Shown here: positions 40,887-53,760 of the stretch, in pieces
How positions within the stretch are numbered: the stretch's first letter is position 1
Layout of the letters: the number at the start of each line of letters is the position of its first letter
NCBI GenBank assembly: GCA_030248215.1
Contig: JASANG010003130.1
Span: 186,001 to 250,000 of the forward strand
From: Enoplolaimus lenunculus
Lineage: Eukaryota
Direction: 5' to 3'
Length of the DNA: 64,000 bases
Notes under the pieces: generated by a model
The model's input: only the letters and a program-made list of their open reading frames with translations
What the model was told of the DNA's origin: nothing
Databases searched by the model: none
Made by a program: the position numbers and the translations under genes

Positions 40887-41136
40887 AAACTTATACATAA
40901 TTTTATCATAGGATTAGGCTTAGGCTTTACTCGCAGAAACTTATACATAATTTTAGCTTAGGATTAGGCTTAGGCTTTAGTCGCAAAAACTTATACATAA
41001 TTTTAGCTTAGAATTAGGCTTAGGCTTCAGTCGCAGAAACTTATACATAATTTTAGCTTAGGATTAGGCTTAGGCTTCAGTCGCAGAAACTTATACATAA
41101 TTTTAGCTTAGGATTAGGCTTAGGCTTTATTCGCAG
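40887..41136. repeat. 50-bp minisatellite, 5 copies, each containing TTAGGATTAGGCTTAGGC
   Basis: Head-to-tail, near-identical units. Confidence 0.9.
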
Positions 41137-41404
41137 GCTTATGATCATGCTTGTGGATTGAAAATATGCAAGAAGAGCCTACATTAATATTTCAAACGAT
41201 GTTCACTTGAGCAGAATGTGCACACTGTCTGTTTATCGCAATAGATTACTAAAACGCTTTAAACAAAAGGTAAAGCCTAATATTTCTGGTCAATCTTTTA
41301 AATCTTAGAGAATAGCGTTATTTTTGTAACAAAAAACTTGTTTTTACTGGTTCTTGCCAACGAATTTAAATGAAATGAAGTTTTTAAATATTTAACATGC
41401 GAAT

Positions 41405-44400
41405 ATGGGAACTGTTCATGAAATCACCAAAGAGGTAAAATGCAAACACATGTCTATACGAATGCAGTTACGGTATATATAACGATTAAATTTTTTGAGC
41501 ATTCCTAAGCCTAAGCCTGACAATAATCCTAAACATTTGTCTTAACCTAAACCTAACAGTAAACCTAAGCGTAAAGCCTGCTGAGCTCAATACTAAGCAT
41601 ATGGAAATGTAATAACATAAACACTGTAGGGGGGACACTTAAACGTATATTAAGTTAAGGCTAGCAGAGTGAAACAAACCAAAACACTTGAAATGTACAA
41701 GAGCTAAATGTCCTACTTGCTGTTTTAGGAAGACTTAACTGCGTTGAAGAAAAAATCAAGCGGAAAAATTTTGGTCATCGATTTTTACGCCGCATGGTGT
41801 GGAGCGTGCAAACAATATGCGTATCTATTCAAGGTTGGTTTTCTCATAGTTTAAGTTAACAGTCAATCTTATGGTCAATCGACCATCGAAACATATCAAA
41901 TCATCAGTTGGTCGAGATTATGCAGCATCAACTAGAAGCTGCAACTTGCATGAGTAACTTGCAGTTGCAAGTATTTGAAAAGAAGTAAAATTTTCATTCG
42001 GAATATTGACTAAATTAAATGACTAATCTGCAAGCGTCTGCAATAATCAAATAGGAAAAAGGCGATTTCGATTTCCACAAGCCGGGCGCAAATTAAAGTG
42101 GACGACGCATAAATATCAAACATAACCTGTAGCACGTTTCAATAGGGTTGTACTAAAATGTATTGCGAGAGGCGAGGGTACAAGAGCCGCGTACTTCATT
42201 AGAAATTAGGGCCCTTTTTTACTTACCCCCATATACTAAAACTGAAATGTGCTGAGAGGGGCATGTCAGTTGTGTCACAAGTACAGTATTCACTTACAAT
42301 CATATCAACGTTTTAAACTGATCATTGCTTAATGTGGGTGGCTTGGGGACAGCAGCACCCATCCTGCTTAGGGTACCATCAATCTGCCGGGGTTCAAAGT
42401 ACGACAGCCTCCTGAGCATCGAATAAAACAAAATTTTTCTACGAGGGAGGAGTTTTCCCTTGTTTGCAGAAGTGAAAAAGTTCGCAAAATATCCAATAGT
42501 AAACTAAATCTCCAAGGCTGACGCTTAAACATCTGCGGTAACTGAAAATTTTAGTTTCCAAATAGAAAATATTTAAAAAATACTCGCCAAAACCTTACTG
42601 TAAAATCAAAATTCAAGCCAGGATTTCTGCTTCTACGACCGAACTGAATGTTTAGTTTATTTTAAGCTACATATGGTTTTCATTTTAGAAGTTGGCGAAA
42701 GACTACAAATCAACTGCTAATTTTGCAACCGTAGACACGGAAAACGAGTCTCTGGTCAGTTAAAACTCCATGTAGGATTTGCATGTATCCAAACGAAAAT
42801 TTGCTACCATATGTGACCAATGTGAAGAAGAGGGGCGGAACAGTATTATAAGCATATTCCGAAGCCTCAGCCTAAGCTTAAGCCTAAGCGTAATATATGT
42901 CCCATCTGTCCCAAGTGTCCCAACTGTCCCAACTGTCCCAGCTGTTCCAACTGTCCCATCTGTCCCAACTGTCCCATTTGTCCCAACTGTCCCATCTATC
43001 CCAAATGTCCCATGTGTCCCAACTGTCCCAACTGCCCATCTGTCCAAACTGCCCCATCTGTCCGATATGTCCCAACTGTCCCATCTGTCCCAACTGTCCC
43101 ATCTGTCCCGTTTGTCCCATCTGTCCCAACTGTCAAATCTATCCCAAGTGTCCCAACCGTCCCATCTGTCCCAACTGTCCCATCTGTCCCATCTGTCCCA
43201 ACTGTCCCATCTGTCCCAACTGTAACATCTGCCCCAACTGTCCCATCTGGCCCAACTGCCCCATGTGTCCATCTGTCTCAACTGTCCCATTTGTCTCAAC
43301 TGTCCCATCTATCCAAACTGTCGCATCTGTCCAAACTGTCCCATCTGTCCCATCTGTCCCAACGGTCCCATCTGTCCCAACTGTCCCAGCTGTCCCATTT
43401 GTCCCGACTGTCCCATCTGTCCCATCTGTCCCAACTGTCCCATCTGTCCCGTTTGTCCCAACTGTCCCATTTGTCCCAACTATTCCAACTGTCCCATCTG
43501 TCCCAACTGTCCCGTTTGTCCCAACTGTCCCATCTGTCCCATCTGTCCCAAGTGTCCAAACTGTCCAATCTGTCCCAACTATTCCAGCTGTCCCATCTGT
43601 CCCAACGGTCCCATTTGTCCCATCTGTCCCAACTGTCCCAACTGTCCATCTGTCCCATCTGTCCATCTGTCCATCTGTCCCAACTGTCCCATCTGTCCCA
43701 TTTGTCCCATCTGTCCCAACTGTCCCATCTGTCCCGTTTGTCCCAACTGTCCCATTTGTCCCAACTATTCCAACTGTCCCATCTGTCCCAACTGTCCCGT
43801 TTGTCCCAACAGTCCCATCTGTCCCAAGTGTCCAATCTGTCCCATCTGTCCCAACGGTCCCGTTTGTCCCATCTGTCCCAACTGTCCCATCTGTCCATCT
43901 GTCCCATCTATCCCATCGGTCCTGCTGTCCCATCTGTCCCAACTGTCCCATTTGTCCCGACTGTCCCATCGGTCCCATCTGTCCCAACTGTCCCGTTTGT
44001 CCCATCTGTCCCAAGTGTCCCATTTGTCCCAACTGTTCCGTTTGTTCCAACTGTCCCGTCTGTCCCAAGTGTCCCAACTGTCCAATCTGTCCCAACTGTC
44101 CCAGCTGCCCCAACTGTCCCATCTGTCTAAACTGTCACATCTGTCCCAACTGTCCCATCTGTCCCAACTGTCTCATCTTTCCCATCTGTCCCATCTGTCC
44201 CAACTGTCCCAGCAGTCATATCTGTCCCACTGTGTCATGTGTCCCAACTGTCCTGCTGTCCCAATAATATTTTTGTATGTACTCCTGGTACATTGCTGTC
44301 CCGGGAAAATGGGACGGATACTCCTGGTACATTTCTGTCCCGGGAAAATGGGACGGCCTTTAGGGTAACATTGGCCAAAAAATTAATAATTTGTTTTTAA

Positions 44401-45566
44401 TATGTAACTCTAAAAATTTTAGTCCAAGATATGCGACAATGAAGAAATTAATGTGCTTCCTACCGTTGTGGTATACAAAAAGGGAAAATACGAGGTATGT
44501 AAAATGTGAACTCTCCAAAATACTGAGACCTGTGTCTATAGCTATTTACAACACTTGCGGTATTCATTGAATGCAATTTTGTGCCGAAGTACTCCTGATA
44601 GTTTAAGCCAAAGAAAAAATTAACTCCTAAAAATATGCTATATACGCACACGAGCTATCCAAGAACTGGCATTTTTTCCAATTTTTGTTGTATTTTAAAA
44701 GATCCACAAAATGTATTCAAAAAGTTATAGTGCTGGGCGAACTTTACAAAAATGCGTTTTAAATTAAAACGAGCGTTTAACTGGTGTTTTCTCCACTTCG
44801 CTGGAAGCCGAGGGCGAAACCTCAAATATTCGAAGGTAGAAAGCTTTCATTAAACTTTTTCGTTAAGAAGTTAGACAAGTTTTACATACCATTCGACACA
44901 ACCTGCAAAGCTGAATCGAATGGCGTTAAAGTTTCCTCAATCAAACAGTCGTCAGGTTAACGAGGTATACTGTCAAAAAAAGAAGTTTTTAAATAATTTC
45001 GTGACATAAATACTTTGCCTGGTGGAGTCGAATTTAACTCAGTTTGTGTAGTCCCGTAGGGCCTATTTCGGGTAGAGTCAATTTGACTCACCATTTTTTG
45101 CAGTGTATAATAGAGTCAGTTTAAGCTTTAGACTATTTTTTGCTTATGCTTAATAGGCTCAGTCTTGGCTTAGGCATAGAAATAGGTTCATCTACACGCT
45201 TATGCGTAGGCTTAGGCTTAGGAATATGCTTATACTACTATTCCGGCCCTGTTCTCTACATGGGCCAACATTAGTGTAAACATATTCATAAACGTTTTAT
45301 ACCCAAGTCCAAGACTAAGCATAATGTAAACGCAAAAAATTAGTCGAAAGCTTTAAACTTACTTTTTGCAGGCAAGAAGAAAAACATTCTGTCACTGATC
45401 TTTACATGGGCCGTGACATACCTGTTTAATGAAACCCTTTAGAAAACGTTCAATAAATTTTCTAATTAATATCACGTTCAATTAATTACATAGTTTGTTT
45501 TAGGCCAAGCTGGAAGGTATGAAACAGTGTCAAGAAAAACTTGCTGAAATTCTGAAAGCGAAATAG
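41405..45566 (+). CDS. Thioredoxin-family protein, 111 aa, active site WCGAC; exons 41405-41434, 41729-41833, 42689-42754, 44423-44494, 45504-45566
   Basis: Spliced product MGTVHEITKEEDLTALKKKSSGKILVIDFYAAWCGACKQYAYLFKKLAKDYKSTANFATVDTENESLSKICDNEEINVLPTVVVYKKGKYEAKLEGMKQCQEKLAEILKAK has the VIDFYAxWCxxC, VD and cis-Pro (LPT) motifs; all introns GT-AG, phase 0; AATAAA at 45661. Confidence 0.93.
42897..44263. repeat. 9-bp satellite (TGTCCCAAC/TGTCCCATC), ~1.37 kb, in thioredoxin intron 3
   Basis: Roughly 150 degenerate units, flanked by MITE-like sequence (CCTAAG block at left, tagggtaacattggcc at right). Confidence 0.95.
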
Positions 45567-48404
45567 TAGCTCATTATTCATATGTTTTGTGGGCACTTGG
45601 TCACCTCCTTCTTTATCTTTTACTGCAAAAATGTGTCACCCACACCCCACATATGACTGGAATAAAAATACTTAGGTTGCGGTTTGCCTTTGAGCTCAGT
45701 CTACGCTTAGAAAACCAATAAACAGCAATGTCAACGAAAGCCGTTTTGTGTATAAAGCATAATTCAATATGTCCATCTCAGTTCCAAATCGTTAAAGGTT
45801 TTAGCGGTCTTAATGACCTTTGTTGTCTAATTTTGATATAATTAACCACGATCTGATCGCATGCTTTAAGTTAGCTACTATAGTATTTCGAATAGAAATG
45901 CGTCCCATTTTAAGTCCTAATGAATAGGAGTCTCTATTCCTAATTAAAGTCCGTTCAATGAATAGAGTGCATAAAATTCCGGTGAAAAAATACCGCATTT
46001 ATTACTGGAACCGGATAGTGAAAAATACCGGATTTTCCTACTGAATTACGGTTGCACCCTGGTATAGTATATAAAATATTTAGAAACAGTGCGGTAAACT
46101 GCCTTTAGTAAAAGCTTATGCAATATTACTGTTGGACATGTTCTTAACTGGATTTCCCTACTGATTTACTGTTGCACCCTGTTATGGTATATAAAATATT
46201 TAGAAACGATGAGGTAAACTGCCTTCAGTACAAGTTTATGCAATACTGCTGAACTTGTTCTTACTTAACTTCATTTCACAACTAGGTCATTTATGCTTGA
46301 ATTACTGAGCCTAAACGATTGGTATATTTCCTAGAAACGTAACCATATACTTATACCATACGATGCTTGATAACTCTTAAAATTTCTATAGTGGCCGGCC
46401 TGTCAGTAAATAGTGGTAACTTTACAACAGTTGTGTTGGTTCCATCTAAACACGGGTGAATTACTTAGGCTTAAGAAGTAAATAAACCCTAAACCAACTG
46501 ACAGAGGGCACTCTCTGAAAGGCAACAAACAATTTTTAAAATAATTTACGTCACTTGAAAAAGTATCAACAAAAATTGCTAACTGAGCCAAAAGACAGAT
46601 CCTTCGAAAACTGGCGCAAGCAAAAAATCTACAAAAGCTAAGTTACCCAACAATAAAATTCTTGTCCTCAATTTCATAAAGCTTAAATTAAATTTCTATT
46701 CAGATATCCCAGATATTAATTTCTAATAATTTCTGTTTTCGGAATAGTGTAGGAAATTAACAATAAGAAATACTGGTTATCGATCAACCTCTGATTAGAG
46801 ATACACAATTAAGTTTACTGAGTAAAATAACGACATACATATTGAAATAGCTTTTGAAAATGACCTATATGGATTAATAAATGCTGTCTTTATCACTGTG
46901 TTGTGCAATTCGCAAGTAAAGCCATGCTATCAGGTGAACCCGAGGTGAAAAAATCGGAGCCGGAAGTCGACGAAATATGACGGAGGTAAGGCAAAACCAG
47001 AGGCTAAAATTACATATATTATCAGTTTTTCACAATAAACTAAAAAGTGCTGTCAAATAATTGATTTCTTCAATCTTTCTTGACATGTTTCGAGAACCTA
47101 CGCTTGGAAGATTGCCCGAGCTTTTAACAGGTTGGTTATAACGACTCAATTTTTAGAAAAATACAAAAAATTTCACTGCCAAAGTTGCCGAAACGTTTGG
47201 CAAAATTTTCGCCGGAGCCGCAGGGAAATTTTCAGCCAGAGCCGGACCTCCGGCTGTACTCTGCATACTACTGACATCTAGAGCTAAAAGTACTCACAAA
47301 TATTCTTGTATTTATTAGCAACTTTTGGTAAGTAGCATATTATTGCGCAAATATTGTGGCAGAAACAGACGTTTAGATGATTATCAAACGCATTAATTCC
47401 TGTTTCGAAACAGCCGGCTACCCCATTATAACACGATTTCGGCACCATGTTTCAAGCTAACCATGCCTAATGAGCCTTATGGCGTTTTCAATCTCTACAC
47501 GATCTCAATACAGATAACTAATTTATGCAAAAATGTCATCACACGTTACTGTTGGAATAATCACTTCTCTTGTCTATGTGGTTCAGTAATATTTTCATCG
47601 AATTCCACAGCTAAAAAAAACAACAATGATTCCAAACAACTGATCGGCGCAGTTGTATTTTGAAATTAATGACTAACGGTATTTATTTTGTTTAATGGTC
47701 TCATTGGCTGACAACAGGCTTATCCGTTTCAAAATTCAACATCATCAAAACCAACTATTCCCTCAGTATTATAGCCTTACTCTATACTCAGTACAAGCTG
47801 GAGATTGTATGTCACAACTGTGAGGCAGATGAATCGATTACCGATTTTAATACAAATATATACATCTGCATTGCTTACAGCTTTATACAACCACAATCAA
47901 AAAACCCACACCATGATATTAACACCCCACAAAAGTGTACTTAACATAAAGTTTAGTTGACGAATATGCATGGTAAACTCTATTAGTTGTAATAGTGAAG
48001 AAACTTTATTGAACATACGTCTTAAATAAGCAGCTGGACAAACTTCTTCATCAGTTCCCAGTAAAGTATCAAGCATTAGACGACTGCTAGGCAAACCGCT
48101 TTGTCGGCCGACCTAAACTTGAAAAATTCAATATAAATATTTCAATTTAAGTACATTGGATTCGATCACGATACAGCATCCAACAAAATTTATAATTATT
48201 AGTACTGCCGAAATTAATTAAACGAAAGAAACAAAAATAAACGTCATTATTCAATGCTTCGAAACCTTAACCGTAACATTCGTTTTTGAATAAAATTTAT
48301 CACCTAAAAACCATTGACAAGTCTCGTTTTGTAAGAATTGGGCCAACACAAGATAAAATATCAATTCTGGTTCAATCAAAGTAAGAAAATGTACGTTTAC
48401 TTAC

Positions 48405-49190
48405 CAAAGATGCTGATAAAATCTCCATTGAAAGTTGTTGAGACATTGCGCCACCCATTGTTCGTTTGGTGTACATCAAATGTTCCTTCAGTGAATCGAT
48501 GTTGAACTAAAATGAAGCTAATTCTAAATCAATATAGTGACAAGTCTAATAGCAAACGTTCAAACAATAAACGTAAAGATGCCCCGCGACTTGGTCTCGA
48601 CCACGAGGCCAACACTTGACTTACCAGGGTCAGATTTTTAATGCAACAGTTCTTGATGTCGATGCATGTTGAAGGGCTGAAGAAGAATCTGGTGTTTCGG
48701 TCAAGACAAAACTTTGGTTCGATTCATAGCCGCAGCCCCGGTCAAAACTCCAGCCGCGGGAAAATTCTACAGGTGACACGAAACTAAATGAATCAGGCCA
48801 GCCACAAAACTACTATTAGTATTGTGATTCTACAAAATCTTCACACGACTATTTACCTAATGTGGTACCATCTTAAATATTAATTCTCTGATGAAAAAGG
48901 GGAATAACGAAGTCTTTACGTATACAAAATTAACAAAATTCTTAATCAACATGTGTGTCTGCATATATTTTTATTTAGCTTTTCTGATGTCAGCTATTTT
49001 GTTCATCAAATCATAAAACTAATATTAATACAGCTATTTTTTGCCTCAACTGTTCTACATTTTAAAATTTGTACATTATCTAACAAGGTACCGCATACTC
49101 ACAACTTTTGCATTCTGAACTCAACAAACACTTACCGTGGATTCACGATTTTGAAGGGGATGACCAATAGCTTTAGCGTCGGTATCACTT
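48405..49190 (-). CDS. Three candidate exons of an unidentified gene (49190-49136, 48676-48625, 48506-48405)
   Basis: All three have strong G|gtaagt donors and phase-compatible open frames (VIPTLKLLVIPFKIVNPRPSTCIDIKNCCIKNLTLFNIDSLKEHLMYTKRTMGGAMSQQLSMEILSASL); start and end not found, no recognisable domain. Confidence 0.4.
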
Positions 49191-50607
49191 CTTAAAATAT
49201 AAAGAGGAAGCGAAATAAATAATGGCATACGGCATACCATGTATACAAACAAATGAACACTAACGTTTTTACAGACACCTAAACAAGAGTAAACTGAAAT
49301 CCTAATCACCATCCTTTCACTACACAGGTGTCTCGGTGTGAACGGATATCCGACTCCAGCCTGAGGCAACATAATCGGCACCGTAATTCGCCTCCGCTTT
49401 CTATATTGATGGATATTTATTGCAGAAAAGTTTAACTCCACTCTATATTAAAGTACTATTTATGGATAAAATCTCATTTTTTCAATGTGACTTTTATTTA
49501 AATGACAGAAATATGTATCCCAAGTAACACAGTTGATATAAAAAGACCTAAAGGAGCAAAATTATAACAAATTATCTCAAATAATGCAATGATACTCTTA
49601 ATTTGAAACAAATGCTTACAAAATTCTTGCTCCCACGTCTTTGAATACCAAAATAGAAATTGAGCTTTGCAGGAATTACAATGTCACGAAAAATTTTGCC
49701 TCCCCATATCAAAATATGCCCCTACGCAAATTTTTTATAAGAAATGTGCCCCGGACATGTTTACATCAAAATGTGCCCCAACCCCCGAAATGACCCGCGG
49801 TTACGAAATTGAGAAAAAATTTCCACTTGCAGCAAAACACTTGTTGCAAAGATCTCAGCGTCTGTAGCCCTGCAACCAATAGCTCTCATGTCGGAAATAT
49901 TTAAATATTTCGAGTATTTTGCTGAAGATACGCTTAAAGCTTCCGCTTGAAGCTTTAGACCACAGTATGGTCTCTAATATGGTGATGAAGTTTGGACAAT
50001 GTGAAAATCAGGGGCACACCGTTTTTTTCTGCGGGACTGCAATAGAGTAAGCTTAAGCTTTAGACTAATTTATTGCGTTCGCCCTAGGTCTATGTTTAGG
50101 TATAGGCTTACCCTTACGCTTAGGCTTATACTTAGGAATATGCTTATGCGATAGTAAATTTTGTTACGCTGAATATTGTTCGTATGTATATGTACGACTC
50201 GTTTACTACAAAGCATACAGACGGGGCGGCAAAGAGGGAAAGCCCCTTGAACTTTAGCATTCGGTGCGTACTGGAAAATTTTTTCCAGAGTTAGGTGCCA
50301 AACGGGGGCACCGATTCAACCTTTGCACAAGAGGGATGCGCAAAGGGCATAGCGAAGGGATTCTAGATTCCAGTCCTATCGTACAGTACTGGCATGGTGA
50401 TCCCACCGAAACGGGTGCTGTAAATTGCAGGCCTATGGATTCGGAAACGTTTCGCATCGCGCTCTGTGGCGACCGCTTAAAGAAGGGGGAATGTTGGTCA
50501 GGAACAAGAACCGGAATTTGAAATGATTTTTATTACCGAATTACTGTTGGACTTATTAGAAAACCTTGCCAAAAAACAACTTACGTGAATTTTCAACTAT
50601 TGTATCT

Positions 50608-51440
50608 AGCTTACTAACAAATTGAAGTTTATTGCAAAAATACTAATATAGAAACAACAATTTGTAAAGACTATCCAATATTTAAGTGAAATACATAATT
50701 TGCCACAAAACCGGAAAAATTCCGGTTTTTGTATCTTTGAATGCAGGAACAGGAATATGAATAGAATTTTTGTAGGAATTCCAGTTGAACCCTGATATAT
50801 ATCAGGGTTCACCGGAATTCAGGTTCCGGTTCCGAAAATTTTTAACTTTCCGGTTCCGCTAAATTTTTTCCTTGACAACCGCCGAAAATAAACCGTCGAA
50901 CGAAGATTACGCTCCCGTGGGTTATGAAAATATAAAATACAGCAGATAAAGTGAATATCTATCTTCAACTAAGGGCATTTCGCCAATAATATTACAGAAA
51001 ACAAAATTAAAACTATAAAGGAGCTTACTAACAAAATTGAAGTTTATTGGAAAAATACTAATATGGAAATAACAATTTGTAAAGACTATCCAATATTTAA
51101 GTGATTAGAAATACATAATTTGCCACAAAACCGGAAAAATTCCGGTTTTTGTATCTTTGAATGCAGGAACAGGAATAGGAATTGAATTTTTGCAGGAATT
51201 CCAGTTGAACCCTGATATATATCAGGGTGCACCGGAATTCAGGTTCCGGTTCCGAAAATTTCTGACTTTCCGGTTCCGCTAAATTTTTACCTTGACAACC
51301 GCCAAAAATAAACCGTCGAACGAAGATTACGCTCCCGTGGGTTATGAAAATATAAAATACAGCAGATAAAGTGAATATCTATCTTCAACTAAGGGAATTT
51401 CGCCAATAATATTACAGAAAACAAAATTAAAACTAATTAT
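50608..51440. repeat. ~420-bp tandem duplication of hAT-MITE sequence, each unit containing an end-to-end junction GAACCCTG-ATATATAT-CAGGGT
   Basis: Two near-identical units (junctions at ~50788 and ~51208); ends match the CAGGGTGCAAC family. Confidence 0.8.
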
Positions 51441-52119
51441 TCGGTGACATGCATTTTTCACTTTCCGGTTCCGGTAATTTTTTCAAACTCCGGTTCCGCT
51501 AAATTGTAATCCCGGTTTCAGCCTAATATAAACATGGTCTTTCATGTCATATTTACATGACATACATGTATCACCTCTAAGCTTAATAATTAGCAAAAAT
51601 TTCTAAAAATACAAAAACTTTGCTAAACATAGAACTCTGCGAAAATTTCCAAATTTTTAGCCCAACATTTTTGTTTCAGGGCTTTCTAAAAAACACCTAT
51701 CTCATCAAATCTTCCGGGTTTAACAGCGACACCTCCGAAAATATCCTCTCTGCTCGAGTTTGGGCTAGTGAAACGCCACAAATATATCATTTAAATGCAC
51801 AAATCAAACTTCAATGTATATACCTTGAAAGGGCTTGTTTCCCATCGGATTGCTTTAACACATCAGGAGAATGCTTCGAAGTTACAAATGGAAAATTCAT
51901 TGTCGTGTGTATTTTTTAATAAACAATTCAATTCCAATAAACTTAATAAAACACTGAATTGTATTAAACAATTTTACATTATACAACATGGATTCTGGTT
52001 TCGTCATATTAAACCATTTGTTGTCCACTCATAAACGTACGTAACAACACCAGACGTAAGATCCTGAGCTAATACTTAGGTAACCTAACGACTCGCCTTT
52101 GCAAATTTTGAATGTCCCT

Positions 52120-53760
52120 GTAAGCGTGTGAGACAACATGCTTGCCCGTTATGTACACATGCAGTATAATGCAGTGCGATTTATGTATGCAAGCCGGCAG
52201 CATACGGTCGACATATAATAGACGACAGAAAAAGTTGGATACGGGGCAACGTAGGGCAGTGAAAGAGCGCTTGCATCGGAATGTGCAGGTCACTATTTCG
52301 AGTCACCCCTGCATGCTGGCATCTCCAGTTGCTTAGCAAAATCGTCTGAAGTCCTGGTTCCTACATAGACTGACATGGGGCTACACCGTGAGCGAAGTGG
52401 CAAATTGCAGTGCTTCGCCTACGGTATCCAGTCCGAAACAGGGTGGACGGTCAAGGGACGGACTTGTTGAAAATTGGGGTATGCAAATTGCGGGGGCCCA
52501 AATATGCCAATTTCCAAACAAGTATATAGAGAATTGTAAATGTTCACACAAAAAACAAAATCCAGTTAACAACTACCTCAGTACCTGACATGCGGGTGCA
52601 TGGATGTAAGTAAAAACTTCATGCAGATGCTGCACATCAGTAAACGCTGATGCATATGTAGTTTTTTACATTCAAAAGCGATAGAAACATGGAAGAACCA
52701 AGATACATGTGTATAATGACGAGGTTCTTACAAGTGATAAAAACAGAAATAATCAGCAGCTGATTGAGGCAGCGTGGCTCAGAGGTGTAAGCATGTCAGT
52801 CATGATTGTCCATTATGTGCACATGCAATATAGTGCAGCGAACTGTATGTATGCTAGCTGGCAGAGCATACGGCCGACATATATAGTCGACGATAGAAAC
52901 AGTCGGCCAGGTGGGCTGTGTGGCGCAGTCGTAGAGTCTTCGCTTAAGGATCCGTAGTCTGAGAGTTCAATCCCAGCTCCGGAGGTCCACTTTTCCAGCT
53001 TATTAGCTGAAAGGTCTGGAGCAGGGTGGAACTGGAATTACAATTTACCGGAACCGGAATTTGAAAATTTTACCGGAACCGGAAAGTGAAAAATGCATTT
53101 CACCAAAAATTTCATTTTAATCTTATTTTTTGCTCTATTATTTGTGACATAACCTTAGTCGAACATAGGTATTTATTTTATTTGTCGTATTTTAGATTTT
53201 CGTCGCCGACTGAAGTGAAATCCACCATCAATGGCTTATATTCGGAGTACAAGTGGCTTTCAAAAGGGATTCTTAAAAATTAGCAAAGTTAAGAAAACGG
53301 CCAAATTTTAACACCTGAATTTTTAAATCCGGTAAAAATTTACCGGAACCGGAACGGGAAGGTGAAAAATGCCGGAACCGTAACCGGAATTCCGGTTGCA
53401 CCCTGGTCTGGAGTTCCGGTTCCTACCTAGGCTGATATGGGGACCACGCCGCGAGCACAATGATAAATTGCCGCACTATGAACACGGTATCCAGTCTAAA
53501 ATAGTATGGACGCTCAAGGGACGAACAGGTTGAAAATAAGGGCATGTAAGCATGTGAGAAAGGCTTGTCCGTTATGTGCATATGCAATAAATGCAATGCA
53601 CATTGTGTCATACGCTAGCCGGCAGAATAGAAACAGTTGGAGAGGCCTTCTGCGTGGTGCAGTTGTACAATACGTATTTTCTTAGAGATCCGCAGGCTGA
53701 TATCAATCCCCCTCTAGTTGAAGAGTCTGAAGTCCCGGTTCCTACCTAGACTGACAAGTG
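52120..53760 (+). repeat. Cluster of three diverged copies of a ~370-bp repeat containing a tRNA-like head
   Basis: Recurrent blocks ttgtccgttatgtgcacatgca, ggttcctacctagactgac and acggtatccagtc; the middle copy is split by the hAT MITE. Confidence 0.65.
53022..53405. mobile_element. hAT-type MITE, 8-bp TSD GTCTGGAG
   Basis: Perfect TSD 53014-53021 / 53406-53413; near-identical to 28538-28934. Confidence 0.9.

Noticed and set aside
42760..44368. Long Cys/Pro-rich (CPNCPI), VPTVPS, GQMGQL and WDRWDS ORFs that resemble metallothionein or antifreeze proteins
   Set aside because: All six frames are open because the 9-bp satellite lacks stop codons; it lies inside thioredoxin intron 3.
45372..45398. 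Alternative last thioredoxin exon (ARRKTFCH-stop)
   Set aside because: Lies in MITE-derived sequence and would delete the C-terminal helix; 45504-45566 fits the fold.
50230..50497. RNase P/MRP RNA, suggested by GAGGGAAAGCCCC
   Set aside because: No convincing CR-V/P4 partner motif found; left as an unassigned structured segment.
52120..53760. Hammerhead-ribozyme (retrozyme-like) tandem repeat
   Set aside because: No CTGAnGA...GAAA core with flanking stems found by eye on either strand.
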